Below, one piece after another: positions 1-9,078 of a stretch of DNA of 64,000 bases. The notes under the pieces were generated by a model that ran no database searches, was not told the origin of the DNA, and saw nothing but the letters and a program-made list of their open reading frames with translations. This stretch comes from Alphaproteobacteria bacterium (GTDB lineage: Bacteria > Pseudomonadota > Alphaproteobacteria > Bin95). The stretch covers positions 544,001-608,000 of the forward strand of contig OZ219785.1 of assembly GCA_964291285.2 (NCBI GenBank). The letters are read 5' to 3'. The translations under genes were made by a program, and so were the position numbers. Position 1 is the first letter of the stretch; the number at the start of each line of letters is the position of its first letter.

Positions 1-242
1 GGCCGCATATCGTGGACGCCCTCAAGAGCGGCCAGGTGCAACTGGTCGTCAACACGACGGAGGGCGTCGCCGCGCTCCGCGACAGCTACAGCCTGCGCCG
101 CGAGACCCTGAACCGCCGCGTGCCCTATTTCACCACGCTTGCGGGCGCGCATGCGGCGGCCCGCGCCATCGCCGCGGTCGAGGCCGCCCGCCTTGAAGTA
201 GCCCCCCTGCAATCCTATTTTGACGGGTCGTTCCGGCTCTGA
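1..242 (+). CDS. carB: Carbamoyl-phosphate synthase large subunit, C-terminal MGS domain (partial, runs off the left edge)
   Basis: [20 protein letters not shown]...[11 protein letters not shown] matches the CarB C-terminus; carB-greA is the usual alphaproteobacterial order. Confidence 0.92.
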   Translation, partial: PHIVDALKSGQVQLVVNTTEGVAALRDSYSLRRETLNRRVPYFTTLAGAHAAARAIAAVEAARLEVAPLQSYFDGSFRL

Positions 243-265
243 TTGTAGCTTTTGCGCAAGGGAAA

Positions 266-748
266 ATGGCTGAGATGGACAAGGTGCCGATGACGCCTGA
301 AGGCTATCGCCGGATGGAGGAGGAGCTGCGCCGGCTGAAGACGGTCGAGCGGCCTGCCGTCGTGCGGGCCATCGCTCAGGCCCGGGAGCACGGGGACCTG
401 TCCGAGAATGCCGAATATCACGCGGCCCGCGACCGGCAGTCCTTCATCGAGGGCCGCATGGCGGAACTCGAGGACAAGGTCTCGCGGGCGGAGGTGATCG
501 ACCCCTCCCAGGTCTCCGGCGACAAGGTGATGTTCAGCGCGCAGGTGACCGTCGTGGACGAGGAGAGCGACGAGGAATCCTGCTACCGCATCGTCGGCCA
601 GGACGAGAGCGACATTGCGGAGGGCCGGCTGTCTATTGCTTCGCCGATGGCGCGCGCCATGATTGGCAAGTCGGTCGGCGACCAGATCGAGGTGGATGCC
701 CCCGGCGGGGCGCGCTACTACGAGATCGTGAAGATCGACTACGCCTGA
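266..748 (+). CDS. greA: Transcription elongation factor GreA
   Basis: AREHGDLSENAEYHAAR and ISxxSPMARAMIGKxVGD motifs. Confidence 0.97.
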   Translation: MAEMDKVPMTPEGYRRMEEELRRLKTVERPAVVRAIAQAREHGDLSENAEYHAARDRQSFIEGRMAELEDKVSRAEVIDPSQVSGDKVMFSAQVTVVDEESDEESCYRIVGQDESDIAEGRLSIASPMARAMIGKSVGDQIEVDAPGGARYYEIVKIDYA

Positions 749-754
749 TCCCAC

Positions 755-3028
755 ATGTCGTCCCGTGCAGGCGGCGCCGTCGGCCGGCGTCTTCTTCGCA
801 AGGAGGACCTGCGGCTGCTGACCGGCCGGGGCCGCTTCACCGACGACCTGCCGCGGCAGGAAGGCGAAGCGGCCATGCAGGTGCTGCGAAGCCCGCATGC
901 CCACGCCCGCATCCGCAGGATCGATACGGGCCCGGCGCGCGCCATGCCCGGCGTGCTGGCGGTGCTGACCGGCCTCGACGCGCAGGCCGAGGGCTTTGCC
1001 GACATTCCGCACGACCCGCTGCCGAAGACGCGCAACGACCTGGCATTGACCGGGCCCGGCGGCTCGGAGGTCTTCATCGGCACCCATCCGCTGCTGCCGC
1101 ACGACCGGGCGCGCTATGCGGGCGAGGCCGTCGCGGCCGTCATTGCCGAAACGCCGGCGCTCGCGGCCGATGCCGTCGAGCGGATTGCCGTCGACTGGGA
1201 GCCGCTGCCGGCCGTCGCCGATACCCGCGAGGCGGCCGCGCCCGGCGCCCCCCCGGTCTGGGACGACCGCGCGGACAATGTGCTGGTCGATTGCCGTTTC
1301 GGCGATGCGGAACGGGTGGCGGCGGCGTTCGCCCGCGCCGCGCATGTCGTCGAATTCGACGGGCATCTGCCCCGGGTGGCCGGCGCGCCGCTGGAGCCGC
1401 GCGCCGCGCTCGGCGCATTCGATGCTTCGACCGGGCGCTATACGCTATACGCCGGGTCGGGCGGCGCGGTGCGGCACAAGGGCGAGCTCGCGGCCGTGCT
1501 GGGAATCGACCCCGACCGGCTGCGGATCGTCTGCGGTGATGTCGGCGGCAATTTCGGCGTGCGCAACCGCGTCTATGTCGAGTTCGGCATCGTGCTCTGG
1601 GCCGCCCGGCTGACCGGCAGGCCGGTGCGCTGGGTGGCGAGCCGGTCGGAAGCGATGCTGAGCGACTATCAGGGCCGCGACCTTGTCTCGCGCGCCGCGT
1701 TGGCTCTCGATGCAAACGGCCGGTTCCTCGCCTTGAAGGCGGACAATATCTCCAATGTCGGCGCGCGGTGCGTTTCGCTCTCGCCGCTCGGCAAGGGCGC
1801 CATCCTGGTGACCGGCTCCTACGACATTCCCGTGGCGAGGGTCCGCGCGCGGGCGGTGTTCAGCCATACTGCGCCGACCCAGGCCTACCGCTCCTCCGGA
1901 CGGCCGGAAGTCTGCTTCGTCATCGAGCGGCTGGTGGACAAGGCGGCACGGGAGCTCGGTTTCGATCCCATAGCGCTCCGCAGAGCCAATTTCGTCCGCT
2001 CCTTCCCCTACCGCAATGCGCTGGGCGCGGTTTATGACAGCGGCGAATACGAAGCCGCGCTCGACAAGGTGCTCGCGCTCTCCGACGAAGCGGGATTCCT
2101 CTCCCGCAGGGCGGCCGCGGAAGCCGAAGGGCGCCGTTACGGGCGGGGCGTCGCCCATTATGTCGAATCCTCCATCGGGGCGCCGCGCGAGCAGGCCGAT
2201 CTGGTCCTGACGGAGGACGGCCGGCTCGAAGTGCTGATCGGCACGCAGCCGAGCGGCCAGGGCCATGAGACCGCTTTCGCCCAGGTCGCGGCCGACGCGC
2301 TCGGCATTCCTTTCGAACGGATCGACGTTTCGACGGGCGACACCGACCGTATCGCCGTCGGCGGGGGGTCGCATTCGGGCCGGTCGATGCGCATGGCGGG
2401 CGAGGTCATCCGGCTGGCGGCCGAAGACCTCATCGACGCTGTGCGCCCGCTGGCCGCGCGCCGGCTTGCGAGCAACGATATCGCTTTCCGGAATGGCGGG
2501 TTCGACGGCCCCTCGGGGCGGGCGCTGCTGACCGAACTCGGGCCGCTCCGGGTGCGGCGCGAGAACCTGTTCGAGCCGGCGGTTTATCCGAACGGCTGCC
2601 ATGTCGCCGAAGTCGAGGTCGATCCGGAGACGCGCACGGTGCGGCTCGCGCGCTACGCCGCCGTGGACGATGTGGGCCGCGCGGTCAATCCGATGATCGT
2701 CGAGGGCCAGACCCACGGCGCCGCCGCGCAGGGCATCGGGCAGGCCATGCTGGAGGAGGTCGTCTGGGACGAGGCGGGCCAGCTGCTGGCGGGCTCCTTC
2801 ATGGACTATGCGATGCCGCGCGCGGACGACCTGCCGGCCCTCGCCGTCGCGCTCCACGAAGTGCCTTCGCCCACCAACGCGCTCGGCGTCAAGGCCGGCG
2901 GCGAGGGCGGCGCAGTGCCGGCGCCCGCCGCCATTTTCAATGCGGTTGCCGACGCTCTGGGCGGCGCGGAGGGGTTATCGATGCCGCTGGCGCGCGGGTT
3001 CCCGCCCCCGCTGACAAAAAGCGAGTGA
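755..3028 (+). CDS. Xanthine dehydrogenase family molybdopterin-binding subunit (CoxL/CutL-like)
   Basis: RKEDLRLLTGRGRFTDD, RSPHAHARI, VGGNFG, AYRSSGRPE, GQGHETAFAQ, VNPMIVEGQTHG, GVKAGGEGG motifs. Confidence 0.9.
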   Translation: MSSRAGGAVGRRLLRKEDLRLLTGRGRFTDDLPRQEGEAAMQVLRSPHAHARIRRIDTGPARAMPGVLAVLTGLDAQAEGFADIPHDPLPKTRNDLALTGPGGSEVFIGTHPLLPHDRARYAGEAVAAVIAETPALAADAVERIAVDWEPLPAVADTREAAAPGAPPVWDDRADNVLVDCRFGDAERVAAAFARAAHVVEFDGHLPRVAGAPLEPRAALGAFDASTGRYTLYAGSGGAVRHKGELAAVLGIDPDRLRIVCGDVGGNFGVRNRVYVEFGIVLWAARLTGRPVRWVASRSEAMLSDYQGRDLVSRAALALDANGRFLALKADNISNVGARCVSLSPLGKGAILVTGSYDIPVARVRARAVFSHTAPTQAYRSSGRPEVCFVIERLVDKAARELGFDPIALRRANFVRSFPYRNALGAVYDSGEYEAALDKVLALSDEAGFLSRRAAAEAEGRRYGRGVAHYVESSIGAPREQADLVLTEDGRLEVLIGTQPSGQGHETAFAQVAADALGIPFERIDVSTGDTDRIAVGGGSHSGRSMRMAGEVIRLAAEDLIDAVRPLAARRLASNDIAFRNGGFDGPSGRALLTELGPLRVRRENLFEPAVYPNGCHVAEVEVDPETRTVRLARYAAVDDVGRAVNPMIVEGQTHGAAAQGIGQAMLEEVVWDEAGQLLAGSFMDYAMPRADDLPALAVALHEVPSPTNALGVKAGGEGGAVPAPAAIFNAVADALGGAEGLSMPLARGFPPPLTKSE

Positions 3029-3161
3029 CCGGCGGCCGGCGAGGCGGCGCGCTTTCCTCCGGCATCGCAGGGCGTGCCGATCTCCCGTCCGCCGCCTCAG
3101 CAGGAACCGCAGCAATCGCGGTTATGCACCGGGACACGAGGGGGGAGAGGGCTGGGGCGCC

Positions 3162-3375
3162 TCAGTAGCTCTTCGGCAGGTCCAGCTCCTTCTCGGCGAT
3201 GAAGGAGCGCGCGAACTGCTAACTTACTGGCGCGATCCGGGCGATCCAGATCTCCCTGAGCCAGCGCTCCACATGGTACTCCTTGGCGTAGCCCATGCCG
3301 CCATGGGTCAGGATGGCCCGTTCACAGGCCTCGTGGCCCACCTCCGCCGCCAGGTATTTCGCGGCATTGGCCTAC
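3162..3375 (-). pseudogene. Acyl-CoA dehydrogenase C-terminal remnant with an in-frame stop
   Basis: Minus strand reads ANAAKYLAAEVGHEACERAILTHGGMGYAKEYHVERWLRE..IAPVS*QFARSFIAEKELDLPKSY*; no 5' part present. Confidence 0.8.
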
Positions 3376-3384
3376 GGCCCGCAC

Positions 3385-3496
3385 GCCTCGCCGATGGCCC
3401 GCGCGATGGATCGGCAAGTCGGTCGGCGACCAGATCGAGATCGATGCCCCGGGCGGCGCGCGCTACTACGAGACCGTGAAGATCGACTACGCCTGA
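3385..3496 (+). repeat. Diverged duplicate of the greA 3' end (copy of 638-748)
   Basis: gcctcgccgatggcccgcgcgatggatcggcaagtcggtcggcgaccagatcgag...aagatcgactacgcctga aligns to 638-748 with substitutions and one extra G. Confidence 0.92.
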
Positions 3497-3595
3497 ACTG
3501 GCGGGCGCGGAGGCAGCCAGGGCGAATTAATTGTCTGCCTTTGGGCCATGTTGAGGTGGGGTCCGGGGTGGCTATTTTTTTCTTGATATGGCAGT

Positions 3596-5392
3596 GTGCC
3601 GGTCATGGCGAGGTTTCTGTTTGCGGGTGTTTGGGTTGATCTTCGCGCGGTCACGGTGCGCCCGACCTGGGGGGCACGGGAGCACCGGCGCTGGGACGAT
3701 TTGGTAGCGGCGCACCACTATCTGCGGTTCCACGGCATCATCGGCAAGGGTCTGCGCCATGTCGCGGTTCATGGCGAGGCCTGGCTTGCCCTGGTTGGCT
3801 GGCAGCCTGGAGCGTTCAAGGTGGGAGCGCGGGACCGCTGGATCGGGTGGTCGGCGGAGCAGCAGTTCCGTCGCCTGCATCTGGTTGCCAACAACTCGCG
3901 CTTTGTCATCCTGACGCCTGAGCGGGTTCCCAACCTTGCCTCGCGGGTGCTGGGGCTGAGCGTGCGGCGGCTGTCGCAGGACCTGCGGGCGGCGCATGGC
4001 TATCCGGCTGTTGTGGCGGAGACGTTTGTGGACGTCTCGCGCTTCGCCGGCACCTGCTACCGCGCGGCCAACTGGCGCTCTTTGGGTCTGACGCGCGGCT
4101 TTGCCCGCGAGCCCGGAGGGGTGGCGCGCTGGCGTCACCACGGCCAGCCCAAGGAGGTCTTCGTGTTCGAACTGACACACGGCGCCCCCGAGGCGCTGAG
4201 CCATCCCGAGATACCGGCAGACTGGAACGCTGAGCAGCACACCGAGCCGATGGCGGCGCCCCGGCTGCGCAGCCTGTTCGAGTGTTTGGGCGAGGTGCCC
4301 GAATACCGCCATGCCCGGGGCAAGCGCTATGCGCTCACCACCATTCTGACGCTGGCCGTTGCCGCCCGGCTTGCCGGATACCGGGGTGTGAACGCCTTCG
4401 CCCAGTTCGCCGCCCTGCTCTCCCAGAAGCAACTCAAGGCGGTGGGCGCCTTCTGGAGCCCATCCAGGCAGTGCTACACGCCGCCGGCGGTCACCACCTT
4501 CCACAACATCCTCGCCGCCCTGCCGCCACAGACCCTGGACAATGCCATCGGCCAGTGGGCCGGACAGCACAGCAGTGCGCACGCGCCTGTGGCCATGGAC
4601 GGAAAGGATTTGCGCGGTGCCTCGAAGCAGAGCGAAGACCGGCGCAGGAGGATGGTCGCTGCGGTGGCGCATGACACCGGCGTGGTCCTCGGGCAGGTCG
4701 AAGTCAGCTCCAAAAGCAACGAAATCCCGGCCGTGCGCGAACTCTCCAGCGGTCTCGACCTCACAGGCCGGATCGTCACCATCGATGCGATGCACGCCCA
4801 GCACGAGACCGCGCGTTGCCTGCTCGAACGCCGTGCCGACTACGTGGTCAGCGCGGTGAAGGGCAACCAGCAGACCATCCTCGAAGACCTCAAGGCGATC
4901 GACTTCAGCGATGCGCCCTGGCACGAAACCGTCGACAAGGGCCATGGTCGCATTGAGCGCCGACGCTGCGCCGTCGTCGACCTCTGCGCTGCCGAGTGGG
5001 ACGGCTACGCCCACCTTCACGGGCGCCGCCAGGCAATGCGCATGGAACGCGAGCGCAAGATGCTCAAAACCGGCAAGCGCAGCATCGAGGTCACCTGGAG
5101 CCTGACGTCGCTTGGCGCAGAGCGAGCCGGCCCCAAGGAGCTTCTCGATCTGGTGCGCAACCACTGGCACATTGAGAACCGTGTGCACTATGTGCGTGAC
5201 TTCACCTATGACGAAGACCGTTGCCGGGCATATGTGCGCCACCTGCCCGGAAATCTGGCCTGCTTGAGCAACGCGGCCATCGCTATCGTGCGCTGCGACG
5301 GACGCTTCCGATATGTACCCGAGGCCAACCGGCACTACGCCGCCCGCGCCCAAGAGGCCCTCGACGCGATTATGATCGCGCCCAGAGGCTGA
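3596..5392 (+). CDS. ISAs1 DDE transposase with N-terminal DUF4338 (DruA-like) domain
   Basis: C-terminal part: DGKDLRG, SKSNEIPAVRELL-like, TIDAMHAQ, VKGNQ, DKGHGRIERR, RNHWHIENRVHYVRD..EDRCR. N-terminal part: HHYL, RDRWIGW, VANNSRFVIL, NLASRVL, ETFVD..RFAGTCYRAANW. Confidence 0.88.
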   Translation: MPVMARFLFAGVWVDLRAVTVRPTWGAREHRRWDDLVAAHHYLRFHGIIGKGLRHVAVHGEAWLALVGWQPGAFKVGARDRWIGWSAEQQFRRLHLVANNSRFVILTPERVPNLASRVLGLSVRRLSQDLRAAHGYPAVVAETFVDVSRFAGTCYRAANWRSLGLTRGFAREPGGVARWRHHGQPKEVFVFELTHGAPEALSHPEIPADWNAEQHTEPMAAPRLRSLFECLGEVPEYRHARGKRYALTTILTLAVAARLAGYRGVNAFAQFAALLSQKQLKAVGAFWSPSRQCYTPPAVTTFHNILAALPPQTLDNAIGQWAGQHSSAHAPVAMDGKDLRGASKQSEDRRRRMVAAVAHDTGVVLGQVEVSSKSNEIPAVRELSSGLDLTGRIVTIDAMHAQHETARCLLERRADYVVSAVKGNQQTILEDLKAIDFSDAPWHETVDKGHGRIERRRCAVVDLCAAEWDGYAHLHGRRQAMRMERERKMLKTGKRSIEVTWSLTSLGAERAGPKELLDLVRNHWHIENRVHYVRDFTYDEDRCRAYVRHLPGNLACLSNAAIAIVRCDGRFRYVPEANRHYAARAQEALDAIMIAPRG

Positions 5393-5529
5393 TACCCCAC
5401 CCCCCACCGCAATACAGGCTCGGGCCGAAGAACGGCGCAGCAAAACAACTGCGCCCGTCGAGGACGAAAACACTGGACCGCGGCATCAAGAAACCACCAT
5501 GACGGCGGCCAGAAACGTCTGGGGTTCCC

Positions 5530-5944
5530 CAAAACCTTCATTGTCGGGCGGGTCGGCCACCCCGTATCATGAAAACAGGTGCCGGCCGCGCGGGCGGGAC
5601 TTCGGGCTTTTACGGGGTTGCCTACCGGTCAGGGTCCGCAAGACGGGCGCCGCAGATGGCGAGTATCGGACGCCTCGGGAGCAGTGCTTTGGCGGGGAGG
5701 TTTTTTTTGCGCCCGATCCCCAACAATTTTCACGGCAAAACCTTCATTGTCGGGCGGGTCGGCCACCCCGTATCATGAAAACAGGTGCCGGCCGCGCGGG
5801 CGGGACTTCGGGCTTTTACGGGGTTGCCTACCGGTCAGGGTCCGCAAGACGGGCGCCGCAGATGGCGAGTATCGGACGCCTCGGGAGCAGTGCTTTGGCG
5901 GGGAGGTTTTTTTTGCGCCCGATCCCCAACAATTTTCACGGCAA
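5530..5944. repeat. Two tandem copies of a 206-bp non-coding element inside the ISAs1 3' region
   Basis: Unit caaaaccttcattgtcgggcggg...ccccaacaattttcacgg starts at 5530 and 5736 and is followed by CAA at 5942; a third copy is at 25245. Confidence 0.95.
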
Positions 5945-6055
5945 ACACCGGCAGCCAGACCGACATCACTCAGACAAAGCCCGCGGTTCGACTAAAAATT
6001 TTCCCTGCGGAGGCAGCCCATGTCCTCCAATACCACTGCCATATGCTGTATCTTG

Positions 6056-7507
6056 GATCGTGCCCCCGCGGGTGGTGTAAGAGCCTGGCGTCCGTAGCGG
6101 TGTCCGGCGGGTAGGGCCGGAACGCTCAGGCTGCCACGGCGGGCAACTTGACGGTTGTATTGTCGCTCACGGGAGCGATGGATTCCAGCGTCATGTATCT
6201 GGCTCTCTGGACTGCCCATTCATCGTTCTGCTCGAGCAGGATTGCGCCGATCAGCCGGGTGATGGCGTCCTCGTTGGGGAAGATGCCGACGGTGTTTGTG
6301 CGCCGCTTGATCTCGCCGTGGAGGCGTTCGAGCGGGTTTGTCGAGTGCAGCTTGGCGCGGTGCGCGGCCGGGAAGGTCATGTAGGCGAGAACATCGTGCT
6401 CGGCCTCGTCCATGATGGCGGCGAGCTTTGGCGCCTTGGGCCTGAGCTGGTCGGCGACCTGGCGCCACTGGGCGGAGGCGCTGTCTGCATCCTCCTGGGC
6501 GAAGGCGGTAGTGACGAAGGCGGAGACGACGCGCCGGCCCTGCTTGCCGGCATGGGCGAGCAGGTTGCGCATGAAGTGGACGCGGCATCTCTGCCAGGTG
6601 GCGCCGAAGATGCGGGTGGCGGCGGCCTTCAGGCCCTTGTGGTCGTCGGAGATCACCAGCTTGACGCCGCGCAGGCCGCGGCGGGCGAGCGAGCGCAGGA
6701 AGTCGGTCCAGAAGGTCTCGGCCTCGGACGCGCCGATCGCCATGCCGAGCACCTCGCGCCGGCCCTGATCGTTGACCGCCACCGCGATGGTGACCGCGAC
6801 CGAGACGACGCGCCCGGCCTCGCGCATCTTCACATAGGTCGCGTCAAGCCAGAGATACGGCCAGTCGCCCTCCAGCGGCCGGTCGAGGAAGTCGCGGATC
6901 TTGTCGTCGATCTCGCCGCACAGCCGCGACACCTGGCTCTTGGAGATGCCCGACATGCCCATCGCCTGCACCAGGTCGTCCACCGAGCGGGTCGATACGC
7001 CCTTGATGTAGGCCTCCTGGATCACCGCCGTCAGCGCCTTCTCCGCCATCCGCCGCGGTTCAAGGAAGCCCGGGAAGTAGCTCCCCTTGCGCAGCTTCGG
7101 GATCTTCAGTTCGACCGTGCCGGCCCGCGTCTCCCAGACCCGGTCCCGGTAGCCGTTGCGCTGCGTGATCCGGTCCGGCGAGCGCTCGCCGTGCGCGGCG
7201 CCCGCAAGGCCCTCAACCTCAAGCGCCATCAGACGCGCGGCCGTGAACCCGATCATCTCGCGAAGCAGGTCGGCGTCGGAACTCTTCTCCAACAGCGCCC
7301 GCAGGGTCATCATGTCGGTGGTGGTCATCGTGGTACTCCTCCGGTCAGGTGGACTGTGACAGCCCAACCCTAACCGGCACCGCGATGGCCTCCGCTGTGG
7401 GTAAGTGGCCCGCCGCCGCCTGACTCCAGACGGTCGCGGCGGCGGGCCACTTACCCACAGCTACCACCGGAAGCTTCAGCTCCTACACCACCCCTGGGGA
7501 CACGACC
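6056..7507 (-). mobile_element. IS256-family insertion sequence with 8-bp TSD
   Basis: IRs gatcgtgcccccgcgggtggtgtaagagc / gctcctacaccacccctggggacacgacc; GTATCTTG at 6048-6055 and 7508-7515. Confidence 0.92.
6126..7328 (-). CDS. IS256 family transposase
   Basis: [69 protein letters not shown]. Confidence 0.95.
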   Translation of the reverse strand: MTTTDMMTLRALLEKSSDADLLREMIGFTAARLMALEVEGLAGAAHGERSPDRITQRNGYRDRVWETRAGTVELKIPKLRKGSYFPGFLEPRRMAEKALTAVIQEAYIKGVSTRSVDDLVQAMGMSGISKSQVSRLCGEIDDKIRDFLDRPLEGDWPYLWLDATYVKMREAGRVVSVAVTIAVAVNDQGRREVLGMAIGASEAETFWTDFLRSLARRGLRGVKLVISDDHKGLKAAATRIFGATWQRCRVHFMRNLLAHAGKQGRRVVSAFVTTAFAQEDADSASAQWRQVADQLRPKAPKLAAIMDEAEHDVLAYMTFPAAHRAKLHSTNPLERLHGEIKRRTNTVGIFPNEDAITRLIGAILLEQNDEWAVQRARYMTLESIAPVSDNTTVKLPAVAA

Positions 7508-7547
7508 GTATCTTGGATATTTCGGCGAGAGGCTGAGGCGTTCGTTC

Positions 7548-8057
7548 ATGGAAGATGACCGGGCTCTAAATATCCTGAACTCATTAGCTCAAGGCATCGA
7601 TCCGGAAACCGGAGAAGTGTTGCCTCGCGCCTCTGTCATCCAGCAACCCGATGTCATACGAGCGTTGGGGCACGCGGTGACCGTATTCCGCCTCCGCGTC
7701 GCAGGAACCGACCGTGAGAATCGCAAGCAGTCCCGAGGCAGACAAAGGTGGACAGTTGAAGAGGGCAGGCGGCTGGCGCAAGCCTTCGACTCAGGCGCCA
7801 CGATCGAGGAACTTGCCGCCAGCCACGGGCGGACGTCCAGCGACATACAACGGCGTCTTGTAAAGCTGGGGCGAATAGAAAACGAAGGTCCGAATCGAAA
7901 CGGAGAAACATGGAAGCCCGAAGAGGACGAACGGCTGGCGCAAGCCTTCGACTCAGGTGCTACGATCAAGGAGCTTGCCGCCAGCCACGAGCGAACGAAC
8001 GGCGCCATACGAAGCCGTCTTGTCAGACTGGGCCGAATAGAACGTCCGGTTTCCTAG
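7548..8057 (+). CDS. Hypothetical protein with two 54-aa Myb/SANT-like helical repeats
   Basis: WTVEEGRRLAQAFDSGATIEELAASHGRT.. and WKPEEDERLAQAFDSGATIKELAASHERT.. are 162 nt apart; lower GC. Confidence 0.75.
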   Translation: MEDDRALNILNSLAQGIDPETGEVLPRASVIQQPDVIRALGHAVTVFRLRVAGTDRENRKQSRGRQRWTVEEGRRLAQAFDSGATIEELAASHGRTSSDIQRRLVKLGRIENEGPNRNGETWKPEEDERLAQAFDSGATIKELAASHERTNGAIRSRLVRLGRIERPVS

Positions 8058-8337
8058 GGTCAGGATTGAGACTTGTAAGGAGCTTCTCAAGAGGCGCGCA
8101 ATGCGGCTCAAGGGTCGGTGCCCGCCGCATTCTTCAATGCCGCGGCCAATACACTCGGTGATGCGGGCGGGTTCGCGATGCCATTCGGGCGCAAGCGTGC
8201 TGTCCCGGACATGCCCGGTCCGCTTCTGTCACGGGAACCATAGCGAGCGGGACACGCCTCAACGCCGCGGTTTTGGTATCCTGCCGCGCGGATGGGCTAT
8301 AGTGCGGTCGGTCAACGGCCTGCGGGAGCGGGAAACG

Positions 8338-9054
8338 GTGGACGACACCATCGGCATCGAGCGCTGCACGGGCAGCATGGGGTCCCGGTTCACGCTCTAT
8401 CGTTTCGTGCCGGAAGAAATCCCGCGGCTCGCGAAGCTCGATTGGAATATCATCGGCCGGCGGGTCTTCATCGATCCCGTGCGCGGGTTGATTGCGTTGA
8501 TGTCGCCTTCACCCGAGCATGAGGAATATACGCGGGGCATCGACCGGACGGTGCAGGACATGTGCCGGGCCCTGAAGCTGCGGGTCGTTACACTGGGATC
8601 GACGCGCTGGCGCCGTCCGGACGACCCGGAGAACAGCGGGGCGGAGCCCGACGCCTGCTTTTACCTGGGGGCCTCCGCCGAACGGCGGGATGAGGCGCGC
8701 CGGGAAGACGGCGAGGCGCTGGCGGCGTTCTACCGCCGGACGCCGCCCGATCTGGTGATCGAGGTCGAACGGAGCCGCGGCGACGCGGACAAGCCGGCGT
8801 TCTACCGACGGCTCGGCGCAGCCGAGATGTGGCGGCTCGACATTTCGGGAAATATCCGGGAAGCGGTCATGCTGGACCTGCAGGCGCCGGACGGTCCGGA
8901 GGTCCTGCATGCCTCCGGCGTGCTTGCCCCGGCAACCCCGGCATTCGTTCTGGACGCCCTGGAATTGGCCGTCGACAACCGTCTGTCAGAGCTGGAAGCC
9001 GCGATCGCCGACTGCATTTCGGGCGAGAAGGCGGGCCGCAGCCGTTCGCGCTGA
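8338..9054 (+). CDS. Uma2 (DUF820) family PD-(D/E)xK endonuclease-like protein (start uncertain)
   Basis: LMSPSPEHE, LGSTRW, AEPDACFY, PPDLVIEVE..K..FY..LGAAEMW. Confidence 0.8.
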   Translation: MDDTIGIERCTGSMGSRFTLYRFVPEEIPRLAKLDWNIIGRRVFIDPVRGLIALMSPSPEHEEYTRGIDRTVQDMCRALKLRVVTLGSTRWRRPDDPENSGAEPDACFYLGASAERRDEARREDGEALAAFYRRTPPDLVIEVERSRGDADKPAFYRRLGAAEMWRLDISGNIREAVMLDLQAPDGPEVLHASGVLAPATPAFVLDALELAVDNRLSELEAAIADCISGEKAGRSRSR

Positions 9055-9078
9055 CATCCCGATACGCGCCGTTCCCGT

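Larger units (their letters stand above)
3518..6007 (+). mobile_element. ISAs1-family insertion sequence with 10-bp target-site duplication
   Basis: Ends CAGGGCGAATTAATTGTC / GACTAAAAATTTTCCCTG (imperfect IR); CGGAGGCAGC duplicated at 3508-3517 and 6008-6017. Confidence 0.9.

Noticed and set aside
755-3028. Bona fide aerobic CO dehydrogenase
   Set aside because: Lacks the AYxCSFR motif and the coxM/coxS partners.
5530-5944. CRISPR array
   Set aside because: The units are 206-bp direct repeats with no spacers, and no cas genes are present.
8101-8337. N-terminal extension of the Uma2 ORF
   Set aside because: Looks non-coding and includes a degenerate IS5-like motif; the real start is probably 8338 or later.
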